A stretch of DNA of 64,000 nucleotides from the human T2T-CHM13v2.0 reference genome, Homo sapiens: assembly GCF_009914755.1 (NCBI RefSeq), contig NC_060933.1, one strand, 5' to 3'. Under the pieces are notes generated by a model, which saw only the letters and a program-made list of their open reading frames with translations, did not search any database and was not told the origin of the DNA. Both the position numbers and the translations under genes were made by a program. Position 1 is the stretch's first letter. Every line of letters starts with the position of its first letter. Shown piece by piece: positions 50,301 to 64,000 of this stretch.

Positions 50301-53300
50301 GAACAAAAAAGGATGAAATCCTGTCATTTGTGGCAACATAAATGGAACTAGAGGACATTATGTTAAGTGAAATAAGCCAGGCACAGAAAAATAAATACTG
50401 CATGTTCTCATTCATATGTCGGAGCTAAGAGAGTTGAGCTCATATAAGTAGAGAGTAGAACTGTGGTTATTAGAGGGTGGGAGGGGTAGTGGGGAGGGGA
50501 GGATAGGGAGAGATTGCTTAACAGATTAAAAAAAATTACCTCTAGAGAGAGGCGGAGCAAGATGGTGAAACAGAAAGCTCCACCAATTGTCCCTCCTGCA
50601 AAGACACCAATTTAACAACTATCTACACAAAACAAGCACCTTCATAAGAACCAAAAATCAGGTGAACACTCACACTACCTAGTTTTAACTTCGTTTCACT
50701 GAAACAGGCAGTGAGAAGGTAGAAAAAACTGTCTTGAATCACCAACACCACCCCTCACTCATCCCCTGGCAGCAGCTGCACAGTACAATAAACAGTGATT
50801 GGGAGAAGGAGAGCACAGCAATTGTGAGACATTGCCTTGAACTCAGGGCTTCCCTGTTATAGCAGAAAGCAAAATTGAACAGAACTCAGCTGACGCCCAC
50901 ACATGGAGGGAGTATTTAAACTAGCCCAAGCCAGAGGAAAATCACCCATCTCAGCAGTCAGAACTTGAGTTCTGGCAAACATTACCACCTTGTGCCACAG
51001 TGCTCTGGGCCCCTAAATAAACTTGAAAGGCAGTGTAGGCCACAAGAACTGCAACTTCTTGGCAAGTCTTAGGGCTGAACTGGACTCAGAGCCAATGGAC
51101 ATGGCGGGCAGATATATGACCTACTGAGACACCAACCAGGATGGCTTAAGGGGCTGCTGGCATCACCCCTCCGTTAACCCCAGACTGCATAGCTCACCAC
51201 TCCAAAAGAGACCCCTTCCTTCTGCTCAAGGAGAGGAGAGGGAAGAATGTTGAGGACTTTGTCTCGCATCTGGGATACCAGCTCAGTCACAGCAAGACAG
51301 GGCACCAGACAGTCGTGAAGCACCCTTTCCAGGCCCTAGCTCCTGGATGACATTTCTAGATACATCCTGGGCTGGAAGGGAACCTGCTGCTTTGAAAAGA
51401 AGGACCCACTCGACAGGATTCATCACCTGCTTACTGAAGAGCACTTTGGCCTGAATAACCAGCAGCAAGAGAAAAGAAAGAAATAACATAAAATGGAACT
51501 CCAATAGGTCTGGCAGCAGACTTTTCAGTGGAAACCTTACGTGCCAGAAGAGGGTAGCATGATATATTCAAACTGCTGAAGGAAAAAGACTTTTATCCCA
51601 GAATAGTGGGATAACATCCCACTATTATTATAGTGGCAAAAACATCCTTCAAATATGAAAGAGAAATAAAGACTTTCCCACACAAACAAAACCTGAGGGA
51701 TTTCATCAACATCAGATGTGTCCTACAAGAAACGTTAACGTGAGTATATTAATGAGAAAGAAAAAGACGTTAATAATAAGAAATCATCTGAACGTACTAA
51801 AGTCACAGAAAATAGAAAGTACACAGACAAACAGAAAATATTATAACACTAATTGCGGTGTGTCAACTACTTTTAAGTAAAAAGACTAAATTAGGGACCA
51901 ATCAAAAAATAATAACCCCAACAACTTTTCAAGACAAAAAGTACACAGAGATATAAACAGAAACAACAAAAAGTTAAAAAGCAGGGAGATGACGTTAAAG
52001 TGTACAGTTTTTATTAGTTCTCTTTTTGCTTGTTCATTTGTTTATGCAGTGTTATCAGCTTAAAATAATGAGTTATACGATAGTATCTGGAAGCCACATG
52101 GTAACCTCAAATCAAACATACAACTGATAAATAAAAAATAAAAAGAAATGAAATCATATCACCAGAGAAAATCACCTTCACTAAAAGGAAGACAGCAAGG
52201 AAGGAAAGAAGGAAGAGAAGACCACAAAACAATGAGAAAAGAAATAACAAAATGGAAGGCGTATGCCTTTACTTATCAATAATAACACTGAATATAAATG
52301 AACTAAACTCTTCAATCAAAAGACACAGACTGGTGTAATGGATTTAAAAAAAAACAAGACCCAAAGATCTGTTGCTTACAAAAAACACACTCTACCTCTA
52401 AAGACATACATAGACTGAAAATAAAGAAATGGAAAAAGATATTCCATGCCAATGGAAACCAAAAAAGAGCAAGATCACTATACTTATATCAGACAAAATA
52501 GATTTCAAGACAAAAACTATAAGAAGAGACAAAGAAGGTCACATATAATGACAAATGGGTCAATTCAGCAAGAGGATATAACAAATGTAAATACAATGCA
52601 TATACATATGTAATGCATGTAATACAATGTAAATATATACGCACCCAACACTGGAACATCCAGATATATAAAGCAAGTATTATTATAGCTAAAGAGAGAC
52701 CCCAACACAATAATAGCTGGAGACTTAAATACCCTACTTTCAGTCTTGGACAGATCTTCCAGACAGAAAATCAACAAGGAAACATCACAGTTAACCTGCA
52801 CTATAAACCAAATGGACCTAACAGATATTTACAGAACATTTCATCCAATGGCTGCCGAATACACATTCTTTTCCTCATCACAAAGCTCATTCTCAAGGAC
52901 AGACCACATGTTAGGTTACAAAACAAGTCTTAAAACGTTCAAAAAAATTGAAATTATCTCAAGCATCTCCTCTGATGACAATGGAATAAAACTAGAAATG
53001 GATAACAAGAGAAATCTTAGAAATTATACAATTACATGGAAATTAATATGCTCCTGAATGACCAGTGGTCAATGAAGAAATTAAGAAGGAAATTGAAAAT
53101 TTTATTGAAACAAATAATAATGGAAATACAACATACCAAAACCTATGGGATTCAGCAAAAGTAGAACTAAGAGAGAAGTTTATGGCTACATCAAAAAATA
53201 AGAAAAAACTTCCAATAAATAACCTAATGATACCTCTTAAAGAATTAGAAAAGCAAGATCAAACCAAACCCAAAATTAGTAGAAGAAAAGAAATAATAAA

Positions 53301-54896
53301 GATCAGGACAGAAATAAATGAAATTGAATTGAAAAAGACAATACAAAAGCACAGGTAACAAAAAGTTGGTTTTTTGGTAAGTTTTACAAAATTGACAAAC
53401 CTTTAGCCAGACTATGAAAAAAAGAGCGAAGACCTAAATAAATAACATCAGAAATGAAAAAGGAGACATCACAACTGATACCACAGAAATTCTAAGGATC
53501 ATTAGCAGCTACTGTGTGCAACTATTTGCCAATAAATTGGAAAATCTAGAAGAAACTGACACATTCCTAGACACATACAACCTACCAAGATTGAGCCATG
53601 AAGAAATCCAAAACCTGAACCGACCAATAACAAATAATGAGATCGAAGCCATAATAAGAAAGCTTCTGGCAAAAAAAAAGCCCAGGACCTGATGGTTTCA
53701 CTGCTGAATCCTCCCAAACATTTAAGGAAGAACTGATACCAATCCTACTCAAACTATTCCAAAAAACAAAGGAGGAGGGAATACTTCCAGACTTATTCTA
53801 TGAGAACAGTATTATCCTGACACTAAAACCGGACAAAGGCACATCCACACAAGGAAAACTACAGGCCAATAAATATTGATGCAAAAATCCTCCACAAAAT
53901 ACCAGCAAACCAAATTCAACAGTACATTAGAAAGATCATTAATCATGACCAAGTGAGATTTATCTCTGGGATGTAAGGATGATGGTTCAACATATGCAGA
54001 TCAATCAATGTGATACATTATATCAAGAAAATGAAGGATAAAAAACATATGATTATTTCAATTGATGCTGAAAAAGCATTTGATAAAATTCAACATTCCT
54101 TCATGATAAACACCCCCAAGGAACTTGCAGAGAAGGAACATATCTCAACTTAATGAAGACCATGTACAATAGACCCACAGCTAGTATCATACTGAATGGG
54201 GAAAAACTGAAAGCCTTTCCTCTAAGATTTGGAATACAAGGATGCCCACTGTCACTATTATTCAACATAGTACTGGAAGTCGTAGCTAGAGCAGTCAGAT
54301 GAGAGAAAGATATAAAGGGAATCCAAATTAGAAAGGAAAAAGTCAAAATATCCTTGTTTGTAAATAATATGATCTTATATTTTGAAAAACCTAAAGACCA
54401 CTAAAAAACTATAAGAACTGATAAACAAATTCAATAAAGTTGCAAGATACAAAATCAACTTACAAAAATCAGTAGCATTTTTATACGCTAACAGTGAACA
54501 ATCTAAAAAAGAAATAAAAATGTAATCCCATTTACAATAGCTACAAATAAAATAAAATACCTAGGAATTAACCAAAGAAATGAAAGATCTCTACAATGAT
54601 AATTATAAAACATCGATGGAAGAAACTGAAAGGGACAAAAAAAGGAAAGAAATTCTATGTTTATGGATTGGAAGAATCAATATTGTGAAAATGTTATTAC
54701 TACCAAAAGCAATCTACCTATTCAATGCAATCCCTATCAAAATACCAATGACATTCTTCACAGAAATAGAAAAACAATCCTAAAGTTTATATGGAACCAC
54801 AAAAGACGCAGAATAGCCAAAGTTATCTTAAGCAAAAAGAACAAAACTGGAGGAATCCCATCACCTGACTTCAAATTATACTACAGAGGTATAGTA

Positions 54897-54977
54897 TTAG
54901 GTTGGCACAAAAGTAATTGCGGTTTTTTGCCATAAAAAAAAAAGGGCAAAAATCGCAATTACTTTTGCACCAACCTA
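54897..54977. mobile_element. MADE1 (Hsmar1-derived palindromic MITE)
   Basis: ttaggttggcacaaaagtaattgcg...cgcaattacttttgcaccaaccta flanked by a TA duplication. Confidence 0.93.
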
Positions 54978-55017
54978 TAACCAAAACAGCATGATACTGG
55001 CATAAAGAACAGACACA

Positions 55018-55497
<480 letters not shown>

Positions 55498-56607
55498 CTA
55501 GACCCCTATCTCTTGCCATACACAAAAAATCAAATCAAAATGGATTAACGACTTAAATCTCAGACTTCAAACTATGAAACTACTACAAGAAAACATTGGG
55601 GAAACTCTCCAGGACACTGGAGTGGGCAAAGACTTCTTGAGCAATCTCCGATAGGCACAGGCAACCAAAGTAAATAAATGGACAAATGGGATCACATCAA
55701 GTTAAAAAGCTTTCGCACAGCAAAGGAAACAATCAACAAAGTGAAAAGACAACCCACATAACTGGAGAAAATATTTGCCAACTATCCATCTGACAAGGGA
55801 TTAATAATGAAAATATATAGGGAACTCAAACAACTCTATACTCAAAAATGTAATAATCTGATTAAATAATAAGCAAAATATTTGAATAGACATTTCTCAA
55901 ATGAAAACATACAAATGGGAAACAGGTATATAAAAACGTGCACAACATCACTGATCGTCAAAGAAATGCAAATCAAAACTACAATGAGATACTATCTCAC
56001 CCCAGTTAATATAGCTTTCATTCAAAAGACAGGCAATCAAATGCTGACGAGTATAAGGTGAAAAGAGAACCCTCTTGCACTGTTGGTAGGAATGTATATT
56101 AGTACAATCGCTATGGAGAACAGTTTGGAGGTGACTCAAAAAAAGTAAAAATAGAACGACCATATGATCCCATGATCCCAATGCTAGGTATACACCCAAA
56201 GGAAAGGAAATCAGTATATGCAAGAGACATTTGCACTCCCATGTTCATTGCAGCACTATTCAGAACAGGCTAGATTTGGAAGCAACCTAAGTGTCCATTG
56301 ACAAACAAATGGATAGAGAAAATGTGGTACATACACATAATGGAGTATTACTAATCCATAAAAAAAAGAATGAGATCCTGTCACTTGCAACAACATGGAT
56401 GGAACTGGAGGTTACTAGGTTAAGTGAAATAAGCCAGGCACAGGAAAACATTGCATGTTCTCACTTAACTGTGGGAGCTAAAACTTAAAACAACTGAACT
56501 CATGGAGATAGAGCATAGAAGGATGGTTACCAAAGGGTGGAAAGGGTAGTCGAGGGTCAGGGAGGGATGGTGAATGGGTACAAAAAAGTAGTTTGAAAGA
56601 ATCAATA

Positions 56608-56941
<334 letters not shown>

Positions 56942-57057
56942 CTAGCACAACAGGGTGACTATAGTAGAAACTAATTTAATTGTACTTTTAAAAATAACTT
57001 AAACCGTATGATTCGATCTCAATCGTTTTAAAGACAAAGGATAAATGCTTGAAGTCA

Positions 57058-57400
<343 letters not shown>

Positions 57401-60400
57401 TTCTTGTAATCCATAAAAATATACACCCTACTATGTATCTACAAAAGTTAGATAAAAATAAATTACCTCTAGACAGGAGAAATAAGTTCTAGTGTTGTTC
57501 TACAGCACTGTAGGGTGACTGTAGTTAATAATAATTTATTGTATATTTTTGAGTACTAGAAGAGAGGATTATCCTGATGTAACCATTAAACATTATATAC
57601 ATGTATTCAAATATTACTCTGTATCTCATAAATGTTTATCACATATGAATTAAAAATATAACTGATAAGAAAGCTTTGTGTTGTAGTTCATTTTTTCTTT
57701 TGTACATAAAATTTTGCCTTACGATCAATGATGAGTTAGACTGGGTATAAACTATGGCAGTATTTATTTCATTTTTGGAAAATAATGATAACTGTAGTGC
57801 CTACAAAACAGTTCATAAGTGCTGGTACTGTTTACTATTCATTTATCTATCCATCTGTTCAACAATTACAACTGAACACCTACTATGTGCTAGATACCAT
57901 TCCAGTGCTAGGAATAGAAAGGTAAAAACATAAGGTCTCTACTCTCATAGAGCCATTTTATCATTATTATTGTCATTATTAACATCACTGCTGCTGCTGC
58001 TACTACTAGTTGTTTCCATAGGCTAGAATATTAAATGAAATTCTTTTTTTTTTTAATGGACAGAACAGTATGAACATATTAAACGAAATTCTTAAATGAA
58101 TGAAAATGAAAAACTCAGGACAACCACACAGAGAACTGTGGGTCAGTTTCTAGAAGCCATCAAGTAGCTCAACTCCAAGCATTCCTCAAAATGCTGGCAA
58201 AAGCCTATTCAAAGAAAGTTTTTAAAAATTCAATAATTGTGTTGAAGGTCATTTATTACAGTGAAAATAAGCAAATTACAATTAACAATATCACAATACT
58301 CTGTATACTGCAGATTTCTAGCTTCTTACACATACTTTTTCAAAAACTCCAAGGAAGTAAGGCGCTCCTAGCTTTTTCCTTAATCAATGACAAACTACAG
58401 GTTCAGGACTTTTAAAATACCAAGTTTCTAAAAATTTGTAAAATTTCAAACTTACCAAAAAATTGCAATTGCATTTTTATTTATATAATGACCCATTATA
58501 GACTATTTAAACAGACTATTTTATAACCTGTAATAGGACATTTTAAGTTGTTTTTATTCAGAAATGGGCGAATTCTCCATTTCTATGGGGAATTCAATTT
58601 AAATTACTTTATTTTGACTTTCAAATAGCATAGTTAACTGATAAAAGCTGTATCGTCCTGGGTTCCAGTCTGGCTCCCTCCATTTACTATGCAACCTTGG
58701 GAAATAACTTAGCCTCTCTGTATCTTTCAGCCTCTTCATCAGTAAAATGGTAACACAGTCCAACTCTCTGAAAGGTCAGTGCTCTCTCCTACCTCAGAAA
58801 CTTCACATCTACTGCTACTTCCATCTAAAACACTCTTCTTCCACTACTTCACTTGAAAATTCCTACTCTTCCTTCACTTTTTTTAATCATTTCCTCGAAA
58901 ACGTCTTCCCTATCCCTGCAGACTAAGTCAGACTCATCATTTTGTAGCATTCAATACCTTCCCGTCAGAATAGATATCACAATTTGCGATTGTGTATTGT
59001 ACTCTCTTGCCTTTCTGGGTGTGTTTGGTTCATTGCTGTAGCTATAGAACCTTCCACATAGCATTACATAAGGTAGGCATAAATTTTTTTGTTGTTAAAT
59101 GAATAATACTACTTAACTAGAGGTGTAATGCGTCGTGGTAAAGATAACTAAAATATCCGAAAGAACATGTCTAAAATCAAGTAAGCACTCAATAAGTAGT
59201 AGGGTTTTTTCCCAGGCAATTTGACTAGAAACTTTTTACAGGAACTTTTCCAAGAAATAATACTGTGACTTTGGATAAAAGGTCTCAGTGAAGCAGTGAG
59301 TTGGAAGCAAGGCAGACAGACTAAAGTACTCAAGGGCAGGACAGAGTAGGCTAACATAATACCAGACAGGTGATTGATACAAACAAGACATACGTGGGCA
59401 TGATGATATCTTGATTCTGAGGCCACCTTCTGTCCTTGCTAGGAAGCTTCTTACAGATCTTCTGCCTAACAAAAACTAATCCTAAAGCAACAAGTAGGTA
59501 CACTTGGTTGGAAAGAATACTGTAAGGAAATACAGACCACAAGAATTAAAGCTTTTAATTTGCAAAAAAAACCTAATTGTCTAAGTAGAAAATCTATGGA
59601 CTGTATTTATAAAACTTATTGGAGCTAATAAGTTTTAGTATATAGGGTCAATATAAAAAATCAATCTTATTTCTATAAACTAGCAACAAAAAAACTAAAA
59701 ATTAAAATTTAACAATCAATGCCATTTATAACAGCACCCCAAAATAAGAAATACTTACTGAGAGATCTCACAAAAGATGACCAAAACATGAGAAAAAAAA
59801 TACCAGGCAAGCCCAAAATGAAGGACATTCTACAAAATTCTTAAAGAATATTACTCAAAACTGTCAAGGTTGTAAAAAATGAAGACTGAGAAACAAATAG
59901 ATCAAAGGTAACCAGGAAGACATTATGCCTAAAAGTGATACTCTAGAACAACAACAACAAAAAGATATTAAGTGGAAGAGGGATAAAATCCAAATAAAAT
60001 CCAAATGTGCCATAGTAATATAAGATGTTGATGTTAGGGCAAAATAGGTAAGGAATATAAGGGAATTCTCTGTATTATTTTTGCAACTATAATCTACATA
60101 TGATCTACAATTATTCCAGAAATAAAGTTTAAAGTATCATTTACAATAGCATCAAAAAAATAAGAAATACTTAGGAATAAATCTGATAAAGCTATCCAAG
60201 ACATGTAGGCTGAAAAACCACAAAGCATTGCTGGAAGAAACTGAAAATGCCTAAATAAATGGAGAGATATACAATCTTCATGGATTCGAAGAATCAGTAT
60301 CATTAAAATAACAATTTCCCACAAATTGCCCTGAGGATTCAAAGTAACCCCAGTTAAAATCCCAGTCGCCTTTTATGTTGTCATTAAAAATTAACAAGCT

Positions 60401-61725
60401 GATTCTAAAAGTTAAATGGAAATCTAAATCAACCAGAACTGCCAAACAACTCTGAAAAAAAAGTACAAAGTTGAAAGCTTTACCTGACCAGACTTCAAAA
60501 CTCTTTATAAGCTATAGTAATCTACGAAGTACTGGTATAAGCACAAACAGATCAACAGTATAGAAGAGACAGAACAAAAATAGACCCACACATACAGTGT
60601 CAGTTTATTTCAGCAAGATGCAATGACAGTGAAGAAAGGATAGTCTTTTCAACAAATAATGCCAGAACCATATGCAAACAATTGAACTCCAATTCATACA
60701 CTATGCCACATGTAAAAATTAATTCCAAATGGATCACAGACATAAGTATAAACCTTCATACTACCACATTTATAAAAGAAAACATAGCAGAAAATCTTTG
60801 TGATCCTGTGTGAGGCAAAGACTTCTTAGATACAACATCAAAACTATAATCCATTTTAAAAACTGACAGTAAGACTGCACCAACATTAAGAACATCTTCT
60901 CTTCAAAAGACACTCAAGTTGGAGGTCTCATACTTCCTGATTTCAAAACATACTGCAAGACTACAGTAATCAAAAAGTGTGGAACTGGCATAAAACAGAC
61001 ATACAGACCATGGTACAGAGTCCAGAAATAACCCCTCAAATATATAGTAAAATGATTTTTGATGAGGATGCCAAGGCCATTCAATGGGGAAAGAACAGGC
61101 TCTTCAATAAATGATGCTGGAAAACCTAGAAGTACACATGCAAAATAATAAAGTTGGGCCCTTACCTTGTTCCATACACAAAAATTAACTCAAAATAAAT
61201 GAAAGACCTGAATATAAGACCTAACACTCTTAAACTCTCTAAACACTCTAAAACTCTTAGAAGAAAACATAGGAGAGTAAAGCTTCATGACATTAGATTG
61301 CAATTATATCTTGGATATAACATCTAAAGCACAGTCAACCAATGTAAAAATACATAAGATAGACCACATTACCATCAAAAATTTCTATGACTCAAAGGAC
61401 ACAATTAACAGAGTGAAAAGGCAACCTATAGAACAGGAGAATTTATTTGCAAATCATATATATGAGGGGTGAATATCTAGAATATACAAAGAACTCCTAC
61501 AACTCAACATCAACAACAAAAACCCAAATAACCTGATTTTAAAATGGGCAAAGGAGTTGAATAAATATTTCTCCAAGGAAGATATACAAATGACCAATAA
61601 GCATGTGAAAAAATACTGAACATCACTAATTATTAGGGAAATGCAAACCAACACAATGAGATACCATCTCACACCCATTAGTATGGCTGCTATAAACAAA
61701 CAAACGAACAAAAACAGAAAATAGA

Positions 61726-61990
61726 GCCCACAGAGTCACACACACCGTAGTCCCAGCTACTCAGGAGGCTGAGTGGGAGGATCCCTTGAGCCCAGGAGTT
61801 GGGTGGGTGGAGGGGGGAGGGATAGCATTAGGAGATATACCTAATGCTAAATGACGAGTTAATGGGTGCAGCACACCAACATGGCACATTTATACATATG
61901 TTAACAAACCTGCACGTTGTGCACATGTACCCTAAAACTTAAAGTATAATAATAATAAAATTTAAAAAAAATAAAAACAACAACAAAGAG
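61726..61990 (+). mobile_element. Alu-monomer/7SL-like 5' fragment (61726-61800) joined directly to a young L1PA 3' end (61801-~61970)
   Basis: gtagtcccagctactcaggaggctgag...gagcccaggagtt is followed at once by gggtgggtggagggggg...ccctaaaacttaaagtataataat. Confidence 0.85.
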
Positions 61991-62754
61991 AAAATAAGAG
62001 TGCAGGTGAGGGTGTGGAGAAACTGCAACCCTTAGGTACTCCTAATGAAAATGTAAAATGATACAGCTGCTGTGAAAGATGGTATGATGTTTCTTCAAAA
62101 AATTAAAAACTACCATATGATCTAGCAATTCCACTCCTGGATATATATTAAAAAAAAACTGGGAACTTTCTTTAAAGGTCTCAAAGAGATATTAGTACAC
62201 TCATGTTCATAGCACCATTATTCACAATAGCCAAGGGGCAGAATCAACCAGTGTTCTTGATGGATGATAAACAAATCGTGGTATATACATACCACGAAAT
62301 ATTATTCAGCCTTAAAAAGTAGGGAAATTCTGACGCATGCTACAACACGAATGAGCCTTGCGGACATTATGCTAAGTGAAATATGCCAGTCACAAAAAGA
62401 CAGATACTGTATGATTCCACTTATGTGGAGTACCCAGAGTAATCGCATTTGTAGAAAAAGAAGGTAGAAAAGTGGTTGCCAGGGGCTGGGGAGAATGGGC
62501 AATGGGAAGCTGTTGTTTAACGGGTGTAGAGCTTCAGTTTTGCAAGATGAAGAACTGGAGACTGGTTGCACAACAATGTGAATACATTTAACAGTATTAA
62601 ATTGTACAATTTAAAATGGTAAGATAGTAATTTTATGTATATGTTACAATTTTTTTAAAAAAATACAAGGGTAGAATGGGCGAAAATATTTGCAAATTAC
62701 ATATGTGAAAAAAGACTTGTATTCACAATATATAAAGAACTCTCAAAACTCAGA

Positions 62755-63043
62755 GGGCAGGGCACAGTGGCTCATGCTTGTAATCCCAGCACTTTCAGAA
62801 GCCGAGGAGGAACAATCACTTTAGCCCAGGAGTTTGAGACCAGCCTGGGCAACATAAGGAGACCTGTCTCTAAAAATATTTTTTTAAATTAGCTGGGTGT
62901 GGTGGCACATGCTACTTGGGGGGCTGTGGTGGAAAGGCCACTGGGGCCTGGAAGGTCCGAGACTGCAGTGAGCCAAGATTGTGCCACTGCACTACAGCCT
63001 GGGCGAGACAGTGAGACCCTGTCGCAAACAAATAAATAAACAA
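62755..63043 (+). mobile_element. AluJ
   Basis: Diverged dimer with a taaa-rich tail. Confidence 0.88.
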
Positions 63044-63416
63044 ATTTCAATAAGAAAATAAACAATCCAATAAAAAATGTGTAATATTTGAACAGACACA
63101 TCATCACAGATACATGAATGTATATAAACATGTAAGAATATTCTCAACGTCATTAATTATTAGAAAAATGCAAATTAAACCACAAGGAGACACCACTTCA
63201 CACATATTGGAATATGTAAAATTAAATAGACTATCCACTCCAAGTTTTGACAAGAATATGGAACAACTGGAACTCTCATGTACTATTAGTGGGTATATAA
63301 AATAGAACAAATACTTTGGAAAATAGTTTGGCAGTTTCTTAAAAAGTTAAACATGGACCTACCATATGACCTAGCATTTCACATCTAGGTATTTGCTCAG
63401 GAAAAATGAAAACATA

Positions 63417-63517
63417 TGTATAAAGATTTATATCTGAATGTTTATAACAGCTTTATTTGTAATCCTTATTTGTATAAAGATTTATATCTGAATGTTCATA
63501 ACAGCTTTACTTGTAAT
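63417..63517. repeat. 47-bp direct duplication (period 54, 2 mismatches) in L1M
   Basis: tgtataaagatttatatctgaatgtt(t/c)ataacagcttta(t/c)ttgtaat at 63417-63463 and 63471-63517. Confidence 0.92.
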
Positions 63518-64000
63518 AGCCAGCAAGTCGAAACAACCCAAATGTCTGTCAGGAAGTGAACAGATAAACAAATTGTGGTATATAGCCACACAATAGAATG
63601 CCACTAAATAATAAGAAATAATATATGCAACATGAAACAATCTCAAAATAAACATACTAAGTCCAGAAAAAAAAAAAAACCCAGACAAAAAAAACCTCAT
63701 ACTGTATGATTCACTTATATAAAATTCTAGAAAATGCAAACCAATCTCCAGTGATGGAAAGTAGATGGTCCTTAAGGATGATGAAGGTGAGGTATAGAAG
63801 GGACAGACAGGGATCACAGAGGGGCACAAGGAAAATTTTGGAGGATGACAGCTATGCTCAATATCTTGATTGTGGTGATGGTTTCATGGATACACACATG
63901 TATCAAAACCTATAAAATTATAAAATTTAAATTTGTGTAACATATGTCAATTATACCTCAATAAATCTCTTTTAAAAACTGCTTTAGGATTGAACAATCT

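Larger units (their letters stand above)
59560..63970 (+). mobile_element. Mosaic of nested old L1M ORF2/3'UTR fragments
   Basis: Repeated degenerate L1 3' motifs from at least two or three copies. Confidence 0.75.

Overview
Primate (very probably human) genomic DNA. It is an internal part of the ERP44 (TXNDC4) gene on the minus strand. Six GT-AG-bounded coding exons (35672-35856, 34246-34361, 31886-31943, 29952-30068, 21208-21319, 20136-20277) splice in frame to SDIAQRYRISK...FGDFKDVL. The flanking exons lie outside the window. Most of the rest is interspersed repeat: a full-length decayed L1PA6/7-like element, several older L1M/L1PB copies, about 15 Alu/FLAM copies, MaLR and ERVL LTRs, and DNA-transposon MITEs. 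Most ORFs in the supplied track are L1 or Alu relics or chance ORFs. Two retro-insertions stand out. (1) A MER41-type endogenous retrovirus has mRNA rather than proviral structure (R-U5-internal-U3-R-polyA, 13-bp TSD), so it appears to have been copied by L1 machinery; it retains a tandem GAS motif pair. (2) A UPF3A processed pseudogene preserves an oddly spliced transcript (intron 1 retained, exons 3+4 and 8 skipped) and places an intact splice acceptor and poly(A) signal in ERP44-sense orientation. I see no new protein-coding system. Repeat subfamily names and exon numbers come from recalled consensus sequences and were not database-checked.
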